From positions 434,001 to 498,000 of the forward strand of contig OZ287069.1 of NCBI GenBank assembly GCA_965645245.1: DNA of 64,000 bases, written 5' to 3'. Origin of the DNA: Massalongia carnosa (taxonomy: Eukaryota). A model generated the notes under the pieces. The model did not search any database. It was not told the DNA's origin and saw only the letters and a program-made list of their open reading frames with translations. Position numbers and translations under genes: made by a program. Position 1 is the first letter of the stretch. The number at the start of each line of letters is the position of its first letter. This document shows, piece by piece, positions 61,032-64,000 of this stretch.

Positions 61032-64000
61032 GACGGTTATTGGTTTAGCGACCAGTCAAGTTGAAAAGGTTGTAGTTGTGGAGAAAGTTGAGAGTTGAGT
61101 GATAATGTAGAGTAAGAAAACATTTGTGGGTTTGAAGCCTCGCTTAACTTTTTCAGGACTCGTAGGTGAGGTGGGCGACAAGTTACATATATTATTCATG
61201 GTGGGTGACGAATCTACATATCATCGAACCTATCCAGCATGCTGCGGGTGCTGAGTGAGTCTATTAGGAGTCCATTGAATGTGTACGAGTATTTGTTCGT
61301 CGAAGAGTTTTCGAGTCGGTTCTAGAGATATATCTGCCTAACCATGATCGAGCTAGAAATGTAGATCACCAATACCCAAAAGATTGGCTCTCCATAGATA
61401 CCTCGTACTGCTTCGTTAGACGAGAATATTACCATATTTGATGGTATCAGGATTGGCTGTCAACGTAAAATGCTGCTCATGTCTCTAATCCCATTTTCCA
61501 GCCTGAGTTAAGGGCATTGGTCAGACGCTCTTCAAGATACTCCGAGGGATATTTCCAACGCCAAAGTAATTGAGCCGGAACGATTTGGGTACAACGCGCG
61601 TGTTCTCTGAGAAGACAACAAGGATAGAATAATGAAAAAACCGAAAACCTTGTTCAGTCCTCAACGTTTGGAATTTTTAAAAGAAAAACAAAGACTATAA
61701 ATGGGATGCCACGCATTGATTTAACTCAACAAGGTCTAGAAACGTATTATTGTAAGTCACCTGGTGATAGACAAACTTTCCATGATTTGCTAGTTAGGAT
61801 GAAACCAAATGCCATAGGCTCCCGATATCTCATCGCTGGATTGAAGGAACAACAAACTCAAGAATGCGAGGTACGCTGTTGTTGAGAGATATAATAGTAT
61901 GCAAAGCAGTGATCATCCAATGCTCCAAGAGCCAGCAATCCTTGATCGCCCTGTCGATCCTAACAAGCGACCGTCATTGTTGTTGCTTCTTTTTCTGCCG
62001 CGTATGAGGCATTTGTTTTCACATCCTTGCGAGTCTACCGCCTCGTCACCACAGCGCCGGTAGTTGTGGGGTGCGCACTTAGTACAAGTACCTTATAAAC
62101 TGATTTCGATGTCATATTAGCTTCAGCCTAGAGGGGGCATGCGGTCTCGAAATGTAGGTCTTAGCGACTTCACGTGGGATAAGGGAGATGACTGGAACTT
62201 TTGCGTACGTTTGTACAAAGTAACGGCTTCATGTTTGGGTCTTCGAGCGAGCTTTCGGAGGATTGAGGAGGTAATTAGGGTTTCTAAGGGATAGTAGATA
62301 AGGCCAGGCAAGTGTATCTATACGCCTTTCGCTGCGATAAACACTTTCCGCTCAACGACCTTCGGAATTCCGCCGTCAAAAGCACGAAATCTCACATGGG
62401 AGAGCTGCCAATCAGACAGACGGTGGAGCCTCACGATGTTCAAAATCTAAAATTGGAACGATGTAGGCGTACATGTACATACAACTCCACTCAGGCGACA
62501 ACCACGGTTTCCATTTAATATCACGCAGGTCAGACTAACGTTTCGTAGGAAGCAATGGAAGCACATGACTCCGGTTCAAAGCTTGCTGAAGATGATGTAA
62601 GATTATGCGAGATTAAGTCAAGTCGACGTACTCTATACCACGCACCGCGTCGCCTGACATGTTTCTCTGCCCTCCACAAAGTCAAATCCAGGTGCATAAT
62701 TGATTAATTCATTTGCGTACATGACTGCTGCTTCATGTATCTAGTACAAAGTACGGAGTATGTCAAAGCAAGAAGGATAGGAATGAGAAATGTTCTCCAC
62801 GAACTGGGTTCGTTGGGGTGAAAAGCAGTTTCCATCGTCCCGGCCATTCGGTGCATGGTTCTGGCAGCGGCAGATCCTTCGGAGTTTCTTTCGAATAGGG
62901 AACGACTCCTCCACCCATAATCGGACAGATCTCCCCATTCGACGTCCTAGCCTCAGTCTCTCTCGACCATCTTCTTCAACGATCACGAATGAGCCTTCCC
63001 GCCACCTCGTGCTGCTAGTCCGGCTTGAGACGTGTGTTCCAGAGGATTTTTTTCATTCTTTTAGCGCACTCGAGCAAACCCTTCTAGAAGCTTACTGTAT
63101 CGAGTCTAGTGGGATTTGTAAACCTCGGACATGTAACCCCATACTCTGACACTAACTTTGCCTCTTCCTTCCCGAGGCTTCGCCCCCAAGATCAAGGATG
63201 CAAGGCATCGACAGCACTAGAATGACTAGAACGAGCTTTTCCCCACTCTCGTTCAAATGGACTTCATTGATTCGGTGAACAAAACCAGATAACCCTCAGG
63301 GCTACTCTGTAAGTTGGACGGATAGCTTCAACATCGAGAGCTGTCTGTTCTCGATTCATGCTGGAGCATGGTACCTTGCCTTAGCTACATACCTCCCATT
63401 CCGATCGGGGTGATATGTCCAAACTTACTCAGTACTTGACTATGGTACAGAGTGAGTCTGCATAGAGTGAGTACGTCTGGACAGCATGTTTCGGGGGGAT
63501 ACATTAGCCTCACGTGCTCGAACAGCCTACAACCTATTCTGATCTAGTGTCCGCTTCCGTGATCCTATCCATAGCTACAGATAGTACATTGCATCACGTA
63601 GGCTGAACGATGGACGATAATTCGATGATTTGATGATTTGATGGTTGTGCATGTTTTACATTCCCCATAATCTAACCAATGAAGATGAAGTCGCACCTGG
63701 CCGACACAAGGGTCCAGCCCCCTGTCCCAAGCCTTTCGGCGAAAAGCCTGAGATAAGCAAGCAGCAAAGGAAAAAGAAGGGAACTTTCTTCATCGCCGCA
63801 TCAGGAACCGCCAAAGCCTTCGTTTACTCGACTTGTCACCTGCGCTCTTGTGTGAGGCAACGGGCAGTTCTGAGCAAACCGGCCATTAGGCTGCACACCC
63901 TTTTTGACATCGCGATGGCTGTCCTGCTGAACTAGGAAGGCAGACCGACCCTACCGCGATAAGTCAAGCGATCTACGCCCACTCGCATGCACGCAGCTTA

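Noticed and set aside
61100..64000. Short ORFs upstream of RPL5
   Set aside because: None longer than about 120 aa or with identifiable homology; no gene call can be supported.

Overview
Genomic DNA of a filamentous ascomycete (Pezizomycotina), judged from short GT-AG introns with CTAAC/CTGAC branch sites and fungal-type orthologues. The core gene neighbourhood contains two paralogous C2H2 transcription factors, the USE1 SNARE, a group I G-alpha (fadA/gna-1 type), an Smr-domain protein ending in a CaaX box, GGPP synthase, SIN-type Cdc14, Sam35/metaxin, a copper-fist transcription factor, a possible HEIP1/C12orf40-like protein, glutamate-cysteine ligase, the CDK8/SSN3 kinase, a DMT/EamA transporter and RPL5. 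Mobile DNA interrupts it in three places. (1) A young Fot1/pogo element sits inside an SDR pseudogene (21087-22907). (2) A nested transposon cluster spans about 31.8-43.5 kb. It holds a Gypsy pol remnant hypermutated mainly at CpC/GpG, a 1057-bp solo LTR, a decayed block with a SNF2-like helicase fragment, a Plavaka/CACTA-like transposase and an unknown gene, and a 216-bp MITE with CAC...GTG ends and a 5-bp TSD. (3) A 3.6-kb DD34E Tc1/IS630-type element has about 210-bp TIRs and carries a second, intact 690-aa gene, with each gene starting just inside one TIR (49230-52835). Family assignments come from motif recognition by eye, not database searches.
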